This document shows positions 24,318 through 36,249 of a DNA stretch of 64,000 nucleotides, piece by piece. How positions within the stretch are numbered: position 1 is the first letter of the stretch; every line of letters starts with the position of its first letter. Both the position numbers and the translations under genes were made by a program. This DNA is from Setoptus koraiensis (taxonomy: Eukaryota; Animalia; Arthropoda): NCBI GenBank assembly GCA_048013815.1, contig CM106585.1, forward strand, positions 6,448,001 through 6,512,000. Direction: 5' to 3'. A model generated the notes under the pieces. The model saw only the letters and a program-made list of their open reading frames with translations. It made no database searches and had not been told where the DNA came from.

Positions 24318-24697
24318 CATGTACATGTAGTTGTGGGTTGTGGGTTGTGTGATGAAACCCGACGAAAACTGATGGATTTGCAAACTCCCAAACAGCTGTT
24401 TGATGTGTTGCGCAGTGTGCTCACGTTTATTTTGCACGGTCACCAGCGCCTTGTTGTGGCAAAATACATTAGCATATCACGAGATCGAGAAAATCAAGCA
24501 GATCGGTTTATCCGGGCACAAACTTGGGCCTCACCGGTTTTTCTGGCATAACAATGAACGCGTACCACAATCCAAGCTCACTCTCTCATCAGCCCTCTCA
24601 TCAACCAATTCAATTCTGAATCTGGATTTCTGAATCATTTCGATCTTGGCGAACTCTCTGTCGATGAAACTGCGTCTTCCGAAACCAGAAGGTAACG
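24318..24697 (-). pseudogene. Decayed duplicate of the P450 3' end and 3' UTR (matches ~34035-34402)
   Basis: Same-orientation copy. It translates to LPSGFGRRSFIDREFAKIEM versus intact LPFGFGRRSCIGREFAKLEM (heme Cys lost), has indels, and includes a 61-nt block identical to 34142-34202. Confidence 0.9.
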
Positions 24698-24701
24698 ATA
24701 G

Positions 24702-24725
24702 TTCATAGTTCACCCATCACCTATC
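24702..24725 (+). pseudogene. Short TBL3 relic fused to the P450 relic (matches 36551-36574)
   Basis: ttcatagttcacccatcacctatc versus ttcatagttcacctatcacctatc (23/24 identical), in the order expected from the P450-TBL3 arrangement. Confidence 0.6.
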
Positions 24726-24802
24726 AATGTTATCGACTTGAAATTGGTCCTTGGTCGGTTGGTGGGCTTGATGAAACAGGCGCTTCATATGTTGTCATTT
24801 GC

Positions 24803-25486
24803 TCACAATTTCCAGCAATTGAGTGTGATAGCCATCGAGAGAGCTACGCCTATTACCGACATCAACCATTCATTTGGGCCACGATAATGTAACTTGGAGG
24901 CACTGTTGCATAAGTCTGCATGACACCAACAAATGTCGTGACGAAAGTAAAACACCATGCTACTTTTACATATATGGCCAGCTCTTGGCGCTTCTTCGGT
25001 GGCACATTTTCGTCTCCAAAAAACAACCTTTCCTGGAGATACAAATCAAATCAAAATGTCGGACATAAAATTAATGAGCTGCATATTAGGAGAGTTGTCA
25101 TGATTTGAATTATGATCGGCCCATTTACCTGTTGCATCTGTTATTATGTATTGCTCGCAGCCGAATTCGCATTCTTCAAGTTGTGATAACAATGGACTAA
25201 AGTTGCTGTTGCTACATGTGTCTGGAGCATTGAAACATTTCAGTGGATTTGGACACGAGGCCAAGTCGAATTGACAATTGAAACATCTTGTTGCGTCCGC
25301 TTTCGTTTATGGATTTAAGCATATCGAATTGCATCGATTAGCATATAGAATGTCTGGTGAGTCTAGTGCGAAAGTAGCACTTGGTGATTATTGATCGGCT
25401 TCTGTAGTGATATACTTACCTAGTAATCGGCTCTTATCTATTAAATACAAGATGAAGACGATAATTAGAGCACAGTTTTTTTTCAT
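24803..25486 (-). CDS. Ly6/uPAR three-finger protein, probably GPI-anchored (quiver/sleepless-like), 3 exons (25486-25420, 25299-25129, 25032-24803), ~155 aa
   Basis: Signal peptide MKKNCALIIVFILYLIDKSRLL|GTAAGT; TRCFNCQ...CPNPLKC...DTC...CEFGC; RRKC...C...CWCHADLCN; hydrophobic tail LMSVIGVALSMAITLNCWKL. Both introns are phase 1 and in frame. Confidence 0.85.
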
Positions 25487-27633
25487 ATCTCGTTGATATC
25501 TTGCTGAACATGATATTTTTATTCACGTTTTGGTTGATCGGAGAGATCTTTTCAAGGAATAAAGTCACAAATGGCCACTCTTTGGTCTGCCTGAAAATCG
25601 CCATTTTTGCCATCCCGAAACACCGTCCAATATTGGCCAGATAGTGAAACGAAACGCTCCAAATGAGTCGACAGATTGCGGGTAATGGGAGTAGAACAAT
25701 GATTTGAGCCCATCCAAGCACACCACTAATTATGATGAGTCAGTCGCAAAATTGAATGATATTATTTTTTCCGATTGCGCAAGGCACCAAGTAGTCACTG
25801 AATTGAGCGACATCCTTGTTTCGAAGAGATCACGCAGCATGTGAGTTTCTATGAATTTAGTGACATTATTGGATAAGCCAGTCGCACTTGCTCAGCTTAC
25901 AATTGAATATGTTACAGTTAAATATGTCATCCCACTTGTTGTGATTCGTGATGATGATTCGATCGACTTTGGTCAGTTGGAAGCGATGCAAGTTTTTCCT
26001 ACAAAGAAACAGTTAGACTGAGACAGTATGTCGAAAATGCCGCCGGTATGCCAGAGCTAAAGTTTTCAGGGGGTTGACCTGAATACGTTTTGCTAGGCCA
26101 GATCGAAATTGAGAGTACCGGTCGGAGAGGTTTCCTTGTAAGTAAGATCACAGATGAAATATCATGCTTAGCGAGTAAAATAGCGAAATAAAATACTGGC
26201 AACTTTTTTAGAAACTTCCATCGAAAGTTTCAACTTGTTCTACAATCATTAATTTTGTCATCTTTGAACATTTCACCATGCCTGTGTCGAACACCATAAA
26301 CAGGCGGTCTACAATCGGAAGAAAGCTATCCTATGATCGATTGATAAGTCGCTATGATTGCTGTCTGTGTGATATATTTTAGCATTCGAAAAGCACTACG
26401 ATGCCATGGAGTGTGAATTTATTCGAGACATGCAAATTAATTATATGAAGATGTTAATTATATTCCCTTAGCGGGCATCTCCAATCATCCTCCAAATGCG
26501 AACTGTTGCATGTCCAAGCAAATCACTTGCTTTCACTCGGAATCAATTGAAATTTACAAATTGATCCAACACCCCGATTCTCATTGCACTCCGTAGGTGT
26601 TCTCTTTGATCTCATGGTGGCCCATCAAAGCAAAAATAACTAGCTCCATCAGCATATCCCTTTGTTTGCCATAATGACGCAACAGCGCCAAATGTTCTAA
26701 TTGTGTCGATCGACTTTGCAGCCACAGCGAACGCAGGAATCGCTGCAACGAAAAAGCTCTGTCAAATGAAAAGTGTTACTACAGGCGCAAATTGAACAAA
26801 TAAACAATTTCATTGTCTCGTGTGAGGGTTATTCTTCTGGATATAAAATGAAGCCCGTTTTTCGTGCCCACAAACGACAGAGTATTTTACTCTTACAATA
26901 TTATTATGAGCTATATCTACCTAGAGCTTTATGGTGTAGAGTTGCCATAATACTGCAACAAAATTCATTAGATTGCCGACTTGATACTGTGCCTGAGAAC
27001 ACTTGAGTTCGGGATTCGAACTTTGAGTCAATTATCATTAATTGAGGATAATCAATTGAGGATCACTGTTTTTGCACTGGTGCTGTGTATCGTAACGATT
27101 TATTAGTACGGTATTGCACAGTATCTCACAATACATGTATATATATTGTAAGATACTTGTCAGACATATGCATATATCAATAGTGCTGCGTCAAATAAAA
27201 TCTCAAAATTTCCACTTGATAAATTTATCTTGCCAGCAGTTTGTAGCATCATAACTAATCAATAAATTATTGTGATGATACAATTGCCACATGTGTGTGT
27301 GTGTGTTTGTAGTTAGTTTGTGGAGCATAACAGTAAAACCGTTACCGTATCAATTGTTGTGTCGATCGTTTGCCACCTGTTTGCGTTTGTTGTCATTTGT
27401 GCATTTGTGTTTTTATACACTTTGCTGTGAACGCTGTCCATGATCACGTCTACGAAATCAATCATTAATCAAGTGGGCATTGTTGGTGTTGTTATTGTTG
27501 CATTAATTACATTATGGCGCTGGCATACTGGTATATTAATATATATATATAACAATAATTAATATAGGGACAATTTGTGACAGTTTGTCGCCGCTCAAAA
27601 TAAGCGCGATTCTCCTTTTCTGCTGCTTTCCTT

Positions 27634-30600
27634 TCATTTAGCCTCTGGCTCCTTTGTTTCCTCGGCGGGTTTTGACAATTTCACCGTAAACGGCGAACCC
27701 GGCACCTCTTGGCCCGCATATCTCACATTGATGGTGTAGCTACCTGTTTGCGTGGCCGTATACGTGACCCTTATGATGCCATCCGGTGTGTTGTTGCACT
27801 TCACCTCGGCCTTGCTGGGTCCCTGCATGGCTAGACCGAGTTTGCCCACGCCCGCGTTCCGTGTGTCAACAAAGAACTCGTTGGTTATGTTGATTTTGCC
27901 CTCTTTCAATGCATCGCCGCTAGCCTTAACCTTGTTTGGGTCGCCAGGCACCACGGACGGCGCCACAACGTCAATCTTAAACGGACTTCCGGCAACGGGC
28001 TGATCGTTGCGTTTCACGTGCACCAAATGCTGGCCAGGTTCTGTGGCCAAGAAACTGACTATTGCGTTGCCCGAGTCTTCGGACTGCATTTTAAGGCTGC
28101 ACTCCTCTGTTTTGCCCGAGGGCGACTCGATGGTGGCGCTTATTTGGGCCAATTCAGCGCTATTGCTCACCTTGATCAATATGTCGCTCGGTTTACCCGC
28201 CACAATCGATTTGAATTGTTTCTTTTCGTCGCCGCTAACGCGCGCCACAAACGGCGAGCCCTCAATGTTGTTGTCGGCAAACTTCACCTGAACCCGATAA
28301 TCGCCCGATTTCACCGGATAATAGGTGACGCCAATGGTGCCGTCCTTGTTGTCCACGCACTCTATCTCGCACTTGGCCGGCCCGTCAACGGCCACGTTCA
28401 AGCCGCCCGGCCCGGCACCCTTGGAGAAGATGGTGAAATGGCATGGCTCGTTCTGGTTGCCGTGCGTCAGTCCCGGCCCGTAGGCGCTCACCTTGCCGCG
28501 CGTTATGAAGGTGGCGTACGAGTGGAAGGGCGACCCGGCCAACACTTTGTCCTTGTAGGATATCTGTAGCTCGTGCTGTCCCTCGACCTTTGGCTCGTAC
28601 CTCACACTCACGGTTCCGTCGCCGTTGTCTACCAACAGGCCCGATTTGCTTGTAACGGAAGTGGTGTCTATTTCGCCATTGGGCAGCTTCACGGCCACAA
28701 CAACCTGATCGAGATCGATTGGCTCTACGGGGGCGCTCGGGTCAGCGCCGGCCACTTTAGTTACGGGCACCTTGTTCACCTCAATCAGGTTGAAATGATC
28801 GGGCGAAGCGGCGCCGCTCGACGTGGTGACCGACGACGACGAACTGGACGACGTCTTAGTGGTGGTGCGCTTTGTCTTGGTCACCTGTTGCTCGTGATAG
28901 GTGGTGGTCTTGAGCGAGGAGCGCCGCTCGGAGGCGCTCTTGTTCCAGCTGACACTGTCACTTTGGAAGGTGTTGTTGTACCACGTGTCAAATTTTTCCT
29001 GATTGTACTCGCTCTTGGGCACTATCTGGGCACAATAGGGTGACTTGGGTATGTCTTCGCCGTTGGACATTACGTGTACGGCGTACTCGCCCGGCGCCGT
29101 CGGATAGTAAGCGACGTCGGCCGTTCCGTCGCCGTTGTCCTTGCACTCGATCTTGGCCTCGCTGGGGCCCTCAATGGTGAAGCCGAGCGTTCCCGTTTCG
29201 CCGTTTGTGTCCACACGAAACTTGGCCGCCTGATTGACGGCGCCCCCGTGCAAACCGGGCCCGTAGGCCACAACGCGCGAATTAGACTCCGGCCCGACGT
29301 GCACCTCAAAGGGCGAGCGCAAAATCTCTTGGCCGCCAAACGATATGGTGACCACGTAGCGGCCCTCGTTTTCCGGCTTGTAGTCGCACTCGAAAATGCG
29401 CGCATTGTCCTTGCTTTGCCTAATGTTGATCTTTTCCTGTTTTCCGTCGGGATTTATCAGTTTTATGTCGAGCTCGCCATCGCCGGCCCCATCTATGGAC
29501 ACCTTGAACTCGGCCAGCTCGTTCTTCCTGATGCCCGTCGACTGCAAACCGCGCCCGGTTGCCTTCACCTTGCGCGCATCCTGCACGGGCTCCACCTTTA
29601 CGCCGAACGGGCTCTTCGGTATGGGCTTGCCGGCGAAAAAGATATTTATGGAATGGAGGCCGGGCGCCTCGGCCACGTACTCGCATCTGTATTGGCCGTC
29701 GTTGGTCTGGCGCAAGCGGCACGGGCACGTGTTGGGCTTGCCCTCGGGGTCCAATATGATCACTTCCACTTGGCCGCCGCCGGCCCCGCTTGTGAATATG
29801 TCAATGTAGGTCTGTTGCCCGACGCGCACCTTGCCGCTCGGCTCAATGCCGGGACCCTTGGCGTACACCTTCTTGTGGTCGCCGGGCACGCCCTTGACGC
29901 TGACGGAGAACGGGCTCTTGGGCACCTCTTCGTTGTTGAATTTCACCGTGATCTGCTCGGATTGGCGTTGCGAATAACACAAAAGATAATAATGAAAATA
30001 AATAATAATGAGAGATTGATTAATTGACTGGTCGCTCACCATATTAATTAGTGTGATTAGATCAATATATCAATGGATCAATATATCAATAGATCAATAG
30101 TGTCACGAACCGTGTGATCGCCCTCCATGGTGGCCGTGTAGGTGCACGTGTAGGTCATGTTCTTGTCGTCGTTGTATTTCACTTGCACGGGCTCCTCGGA
30201 CTTTTTCGGGTTCTCTATGACCACCACAACGTCGCCCTTGCCCGCGCTGAACGTCTCTATTGTAAAGTGCGTCTCGGCGCCCACAACAACGCCCGTCGGT
30301 TGCAAACCGGGGCCGTAGCAGCGCACCCGTTGCGGGTTGCAACCGCTGGCGCGCAACGGTGCGTCCTGTTTCACTTTGGCCATCGGAAATTGCGACAAAT
30401 AGGTCATCATGGACAACTCGTCCACCTTGCGCATTGTCATCTCTTTGGCTGTTATCAATTGGGGCACCTCGAGCCACTCGTCGGCTAGCTTCAGGGCCTC
30501 GGCCACGTTCTTGACGTTGTCCTCGGGCTTCCAGTTCTTCCAGTCGGGACACAAACCTGGCGCCACCGAGTCAATGAGCGCACCAATGGCCTTGCCGTCG

Positions 30601-31844
30601 TTCCAGTCGGTTGTGAAATTGTTCACAGGCACGTCGGGCACCTTGTTCTGGATCCATTTCAGTAGGCGCTGCTTGGGCGTCAGCGACGGATCAAAATCGT
30701 CCTCGCCCTCCCAAACTGGCATAGAGATGGAATAGTGCAAAATAAGTGTCCACATGAGGCCCAAAATGAGCTTCAAGTTGCCCTCCACAATATCGGAGCT
30801 AGCTGCATTTTCGCGGCGAATCGTGTGTCGATAGCGTCGTTGGATTGGATTGGATCGGATTGGGCGTCAGTGAAGCATCAATCAATCAGTAATCAAGTTT
30901 AGATAAGTTTTCAATAATGACGAGCTAATATGAGCACAACTCACATATGTTAACCAACTTGATTTTTTCCTCCTCGGCGAGAAAACGCAGAGCCGTGTCC
31001 ACATTGTTGAGCTTCTGAGCCTTCATTGTGGGCCGCGTGTTGTACTTGGGCAATTTCTTTCCAGACAACACCTCCACTAGGGCAAGCAGACGGATTCCGT
31101 CCGAGAAGTCAGACTCTAAACAGGCCACGTACTTGTTGACAGTCTATCGGACGTTGGCGGCGTTTGTCGGGGGACATTCAGTCGATAAGATGTTCAAATT
31201 AATTTTGAGCCACTGAACAATCTCTAGTCATCAATCAACAAAGAGCTACCACTCACCTTCAGGTGCTCGTTGGCCCATCTGCACAGTTGATTCAAATTTT
31301 ATCCAAATGATATTCATGCAATGGCAAATAATCAATCGATAGAAAATGAAATTAACATCAGTGATTGATTCGGAGAACGGAAATTTGTTTCGAACAAATC
31401 GAAAGTGTTAAAAGTAAATAGAAAAACGTGTTCAGATTATGAATTTGATTGATCGATTCGTGGCCGAATCGAGGATCTCGAAACCTAGGCCAAGTGGCAA
31501 CAGCTCGTTCGCAAGCGGTTCTTTCCGCGACTCCAAATCATTGGTCAATAGTCAATTAGCTAGTGCCACAACTCGATAATTCATAGGATAGTTCACAGGT
31601 CAGTTTGAGCTTTTTAGCCAATCATTTGTTTTAAAATGATCCATTGAATTTTGAAGCGGCTGCTCAATATTGTCAGTATTGCCTCATTCCTTGCTCGATG
31701 GCACCCAACTCACCTGGTGAATGTGTTCTCCTGCATCCGTTTCCATGTGGCATCGTCTGCCAGATCTGCGTCCATCCAATTCTCATCATTTTCAGTGCCT
31801 GGCTTGCACGATGGCCTTCTGATTGATTTTTCACTGACAACCAT
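27634..31844 (-). CDS. cher: Short filamin (2 CH + 8 Ig repeats), 5 exons (31844-31714, 31278-31257, 31143-30945, 30802-30111, 29952-27634), ~1120 aa
   Basis: DLADDATWKRMQENTFTR|WANEHLK, DFSDGIRLLALVEVLSGK, IVEGNLKLILGLMWTLILHYSIS, CH2 NNFTTDWNDGKAIGAL, and repeated GPGL...SPF filamin units. Exon lengths sum to 3363 nt, in frame. Confidence 0.95.
30060..30099. repeat. 16-bp tandem repeat (GATCAATATATCAATR x2.5) in filamin intron 4
   Basis: gatcaatatatcaatg gatcaatatatcaata gatcaata. Confidence 0.85.
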
Positions 31845-33546
31845 TTTTGTTAACTGAATTTATATTGTTCACTTGAGTGCACTCTTGTATTTTTCGCGAC
31901 TAGCCAAAGTCGAAATATAATTGTTGCTCGAAATAATATAACAATTGCTGGTGGGCCTATCGGTATAGAAAAAAGAAGACAAACACAAAATTAATGCTTG
32001 CGCAATTATTAATTATTATCTTCGCTACAATATTGTTGGCTAAGTTTTGTTTTTTGTTGCCGTCGACTTATTATTGTGCAATTGTACAATACATTAATTG
32101 TTGAATGGATAAAGAGTTTGCACTAACGCAACAACTCTAAAACTGGCAAGCTTCGTATGTCTTCTCAAGCTCGATATCGTCACAAGCGTCGGCGGATGAT
32201 CTGCACCTAGTATCTAGTAGCTAGCTCTGTGGAAAACTACTTTTAAACTACTAGCAACTGGGAGAAGGAGCGAGCAAATTTGTGCGAATTGCTTGGCGAC
32301 CTTTGTTGAGTTTTTGAAGTTTAGAAACCCTCTCGACATGAGAGATGCTCACTTGGAACGAGTCAGCTGAGTGAGCTGCTTGTTAGTTACAAATTGGCGA
32401 GCCTACTCATGCAAATGCAACTAGCTCATTTCAGCTAGTTGTGCAATATAGCTGACTGACTGACTGACTGACTGGCTGGCTTATTTAGCAGCGAGTTCGC
32501 TCGCTAAACAAACTCAAATTGTAGGCTCGAGAAGTAACATAAACTTTGAATTATCCCTCTTCGAATCGCCAGCTCATTATATGGCCTGTTCCTATTCGCG
32601 AGGGCTCATCAGCGCTTCTCTGTCGGCAGGATCGCGCGTATCGAAAGTCGCTAGGCGCTCGCTGTCGCTCTGGCTGTTGCATGGCTTGAGCATGAGCTAG
32701 TCTAGACTCGTCTCGTCGAAGCAACGCGAATCTCGCCAACGTCTAGAAGAATTCTCGAGTCGCTCGAACAACTATGTATCATGATCAATGTGAATTCAAT
32801 CAGAATATAATAATACAAGCGCTCGGGATGCCATTGATAGAGAGCATGAAAGTGAAGAAAAATAGCTCGCTATCATTTGCCCATGATTGCGCCCCGATTG
32901 TCGTTTTACACCGTGCGCAAAAATTGATTTCTCATTCAATAGCTCGATATGTGTTCTCTAATTCATCTGCGTCTTGCGTGCAGCTTAATGGCTCGTCTTT
33001 GAGAAATGTCAACGAGAATCATTAAAACAAGACAGTATTCCTAACAAGTTTAGTGCATGCAGGCGACTTGGGGCACTCTCAGACACTGAGAGTGCATGTT
33101 ATAGTGCGTGATATATGAGTATGATATACTATTAGATGTTGTCAACTCAATATAGCCAATAACATAAAATAACATGGTGTTTAACATTTGTTTACCATGA
33201 GCGGCTCCAGTAGTAATGGATTAATGAATCATTTGCACAACGAATTCAACTGAAATTCAAAATTTAATTAATAGGATAGAATGACACACAATTGTGGCGC
33301 TTGTGCGCGAGAAGCGGTGGCCTTCAATGGGGCACTGGTGATTGATCAAGGTTGTCAAAACAATTCAAATGATAAATGAAAACATGCATCACCAAAACTT
33401 ACGACCTCTACATGGGGCAACATGTAGACAGACAAATAGTGTACTGTCCAACATGGCTGTCAGGTGATGCTGTTGCCACTGAAACATGCTTCCGTTTCTT
33501 GAGCCAAAAGTGGGCACTTCAATTCTTGTTGTTTGCGGGCACTGTT

Positions 33547-33990
33547 TGAGTGCGCTGAGGCCCCTAAAATCATTCCGACAAGCCACTGGGTAAGACACGA
33601 GATTACTCTGCCAATCTCGCCAAAGAGATAGAATCTATTCATCAGGTTTGCCAACGGGCACTAGTGATACAAGTGTATGCAAGGCTTGGAAGGCAAGTGG
33701 CAGAGTTTCGATGAGCATGGTGGCATTGAACGTGCAGACAATCTGAAAATTCAACAGGATGCACCGAATCAAGTTCCGGCAAGCCGTCTCCTTTCAATTG
33801 GCAGCTAGTTTCTGATTCGCTGAACAAAATGACAACAAAATCTAAAGGTTTCATTCCGACAAATTCACCGATATCATCCTCTCAATCATCGCGAGATTCA
33901 ACTCAATCCTCTGAGTTCACGGAACCTTGAAGGGGAGAGGGGCTGAAATGTGTCACGATAATCCTGGGCCAGTCTACCCCGAGACCCAGG
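33547..33990 (+). pseudogene. Decayed duplicate of caspase exon 2 (matches ~22353-22845)
   Basis: Colinear matches such as tctcctttcaattggcagctagtttctgattc (identical), gaaggcaagtggca, ctgaaaattcaaca and aaccttgaagg, with indels and no open frame. Confidence 0.9.
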
Positions 33991-34206
33991 GATAGAAATA
34001 GATGGAGATTTCATTCTGTGAAACATTCCGTTAGTAACATGTAGTTGTACGTTGTATCATGAAATTTCGATGAAAACTCGATGGATTTGCTGTTTGAAAC
34101 AGCTGTTTGTGAGTTTGCAACACGTTTATTTTGTACGGTCGCCAGCGCCTTGTTGTGGCAAAATACATTAGCATATCACGAGATCGAGAAAATCAAGCAG
34201 ATTGGT

Positions 34207-35862
34207 TCATCTGGGGGCAAACTTGAGCCTCACCGGTTTTTCTGGAATAACAATGAACGCGTACTTCAATCCAAGCTCGCTGTCCTTCTCATCGACCAGT
34301 TGAATTCTGAATTTGGATATTAGTTTGGCCACCGCTACATTCATTTCAAGCTTGGCGAACTCTCTGCCGATGCAACTACGTCTTCCGAAACCAAAAGGTA
34401 ACAACGCATATGGGTGTATCTCTTTTCTGCGTTTCTGCACGTTCATCCACCGATCTGGCGCATACCTATTGGGTTCAGAGAAATACTTTTCTAATCTGCA
34501 AGTGATCATTGAGTTGCAAAAGACCAGAGTACCTTTGGGTACATTGTAGTTGGATAGAATCAGGTCGTCAGCAATATTGCGTGCAATACCAGGCACAGTT
34601 GGTGCTAATCTAGACGATTCTTTGATGCATGATTTCAATAATTTGAGCTTCTCTAATTGAGCACAAGATATAAAGTTGTCATGTTGTTTTGCGTCTTTAA
34701 ACTGTCTTATTTCATCGAACAGCCTCTCTTGAATTTGCTGATTGCAAGCCAAGTGGTGTAGTATGATTGTCAGAGAATTGGCCGCTGTGAAAATACCACC
34801 ACCAATGAAATCTGTAATGGTGCTTTTGATCTCTAGGTCACTATAATAACTAGTATTGCACAATGTCTCTAATATGGAATCTTGATTTGACGATGTAGTT
34901 TTGGCTTGACGGCTCGAGTTGGACCTGACTTTCTCAAGCGCAGGATCTACATAGTTGGATATTATGTCATGTATTTTGTTTTGGGATTCTTTCAACTTTT
35001 TGTACGGCTCTGTTTCACCTGTCTTCCAGGTGGGCGCTCCATAGTAGAGCTCATGTTGGGCATCAAAGAACATTTTGACAGCCTCCACTAGTCTACTTCC
35101 ATCGTTGGTTGGATTCACGTTCTCACTATTGCTGAAGCAGCCTAATGTTTGACCCAAGCTCATTTGCATTATCGATTCAATGGTAAATCTATAAAATAAG
35201 TCTTGAACATCTTCCAACAATCTATAGTCTGAATTTGTTAAGTCGCTAGAGTTGCCGGCAGTTTTCGTGTCCATGATGTACTTTACCATGGAATCTCCGA
35301 CCACGTTTTGGCCATCTATCTGTTTCTCAGCCAGACCCATCCTCATGAATGTTGGCGTCAGTTTGGATCGATGTGCGGCCCATTCCTCACCCAGCATGTT
35401 AGCCAGACCAACATTAGGATATCTAGTCGGATCGGACTGTCGATGATTTCTTATAAATTCGCTCACTGGACGAACTGGGCAAGTGGTTTTTTTCTCCGCT
35501 AGGAAAACTCTTTCAAAATCCGCCGGGTCATACAAGTTAATGGTTGCCACACCTCGCTGATATTCTTCCTTAACTATTGGCCCATACCGATGGTACTTGT
35601 CGAGGTTGGCCTCATGAAGTTTGTCCAACTGATAGTTGCCCACCCATTTGAAATATATCCAACCAGTGCCTATGTAGGGCAAAGAAGGTCTTGGTCCGGG
35701 TATTTCTTCGAAGGCTCTCACTACATTCTTATTGGTAGCTGTAGATACAACCGATCTTGACACAATATTTTTTATTGTATCATGCAAGACCATTGAGGGC
35801 GCTTTCAATAAGTTACCACTCAAGACATCTGTTGCAAGGAAAGATAGACTTGTGGTTTTCAT
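34207..35862 (-). CDS. CYP314A1: Mitochondrial-clan cytochrome P450, shade/ecdysone 20-monooxygenase-like, intronless
   Basis: IPGP after a targeting peptide, KESSR (ExxR), APDRW, heme motif PFGFGRRSCIG. YGPIVKEE, PVRPVSEF...RQSDPTRYPNVGLAN and DFIGGGIFT resemble CYP314A1. The P450 call is firm; the subfamily is less certain. Confidence 0.8.
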   Translation of the reverse strand: MKTTSLSFLATDVLSGNLLKAPSMVLHDTIKNIVSRSVVSTATNKNVVRAFEEIPGPRPSLPYIGTGWIYFKWVGNYQLDKLHEANLDKYHRYGPIVKEEYQRGVATINLYDPADFERVFLAEKKTTCPVRPVSEFIRNHRQSDPTRYPNVGLANMLGEEWAAHRSKLTPTFMRMGLAEKQIDGQNVVGDSMVKYIMDTKTAGNSSDLTNSDYRLLEDVQDLFYRFTIESIMQMSLGQTLGCFSNSENVNPTNDGSRLVEAVKMFFDAQHELYYGAPTWKTGETEPYKKLKESQNKIHDIISNYVDPALEKVRSNSSRQAKTTSSNQDSILETLCNTSYYSDLEIKSTITDFIGGGIFTAANSLTIILHHLACNQQIQERLFDEIRQFKDAKQHDNFISCAQLEKLKLLKSCIKESSRLAPTVPGIARNIADDLILSNYNVPKGTLVFCNSMITCRLEKYFSEPNRYAPDRWMNVQKRRKEIHPYALLPFGFGRRSCIGREFAKLEMNVAVAKLISKFRIQLVDEKDSELGLKYAFIVIPEKPVRLKFAPR

Positions 35863-36249
35863 TCTATCCTCCTCCTATTCTAAGTCTACCTCAGTTCTCT
35901 ACATATGTCCCCAACTATCGGAAAAATTAAAATCAGTACTCAGATACACCAGATTTAAGATTTTTGATACTTTCAGCGTGCAAACTTCATTTTGCCATCT
36001 CCAACGCCTTTATCGCATTTTCGGACTTGACGGAAAATATTATCTCCGCCACACCATCTTCAACCACCAAGAGAGTCAACATATGATCGAGCAGCACGGC
36101 GTGCTGATGGCAAAATATTCATCGAATGCATGTGCTGGCGCACTGTCACGTGGTCCGCTCAAATGTCGTCGACTAATGATGAATATAAAAAAAAATAACA
36201 TTTTCGTTGATTGCAATTAATATCGTCCGTTAATAAATATAACAGTAAA

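Noticed and set aside
27006-27022. GTTCGAATCCC T-loop motif on the minus strand
   Set aside because: The T-stem does not pair and there is no cloverleaf context.
27752-30735. Multiple long plus-strand and alternative-frame ORFs (up to 317 aa) overlapping filamin
   Set aside because: Shadow ORFs caused by the high GC3 of filamin codons.
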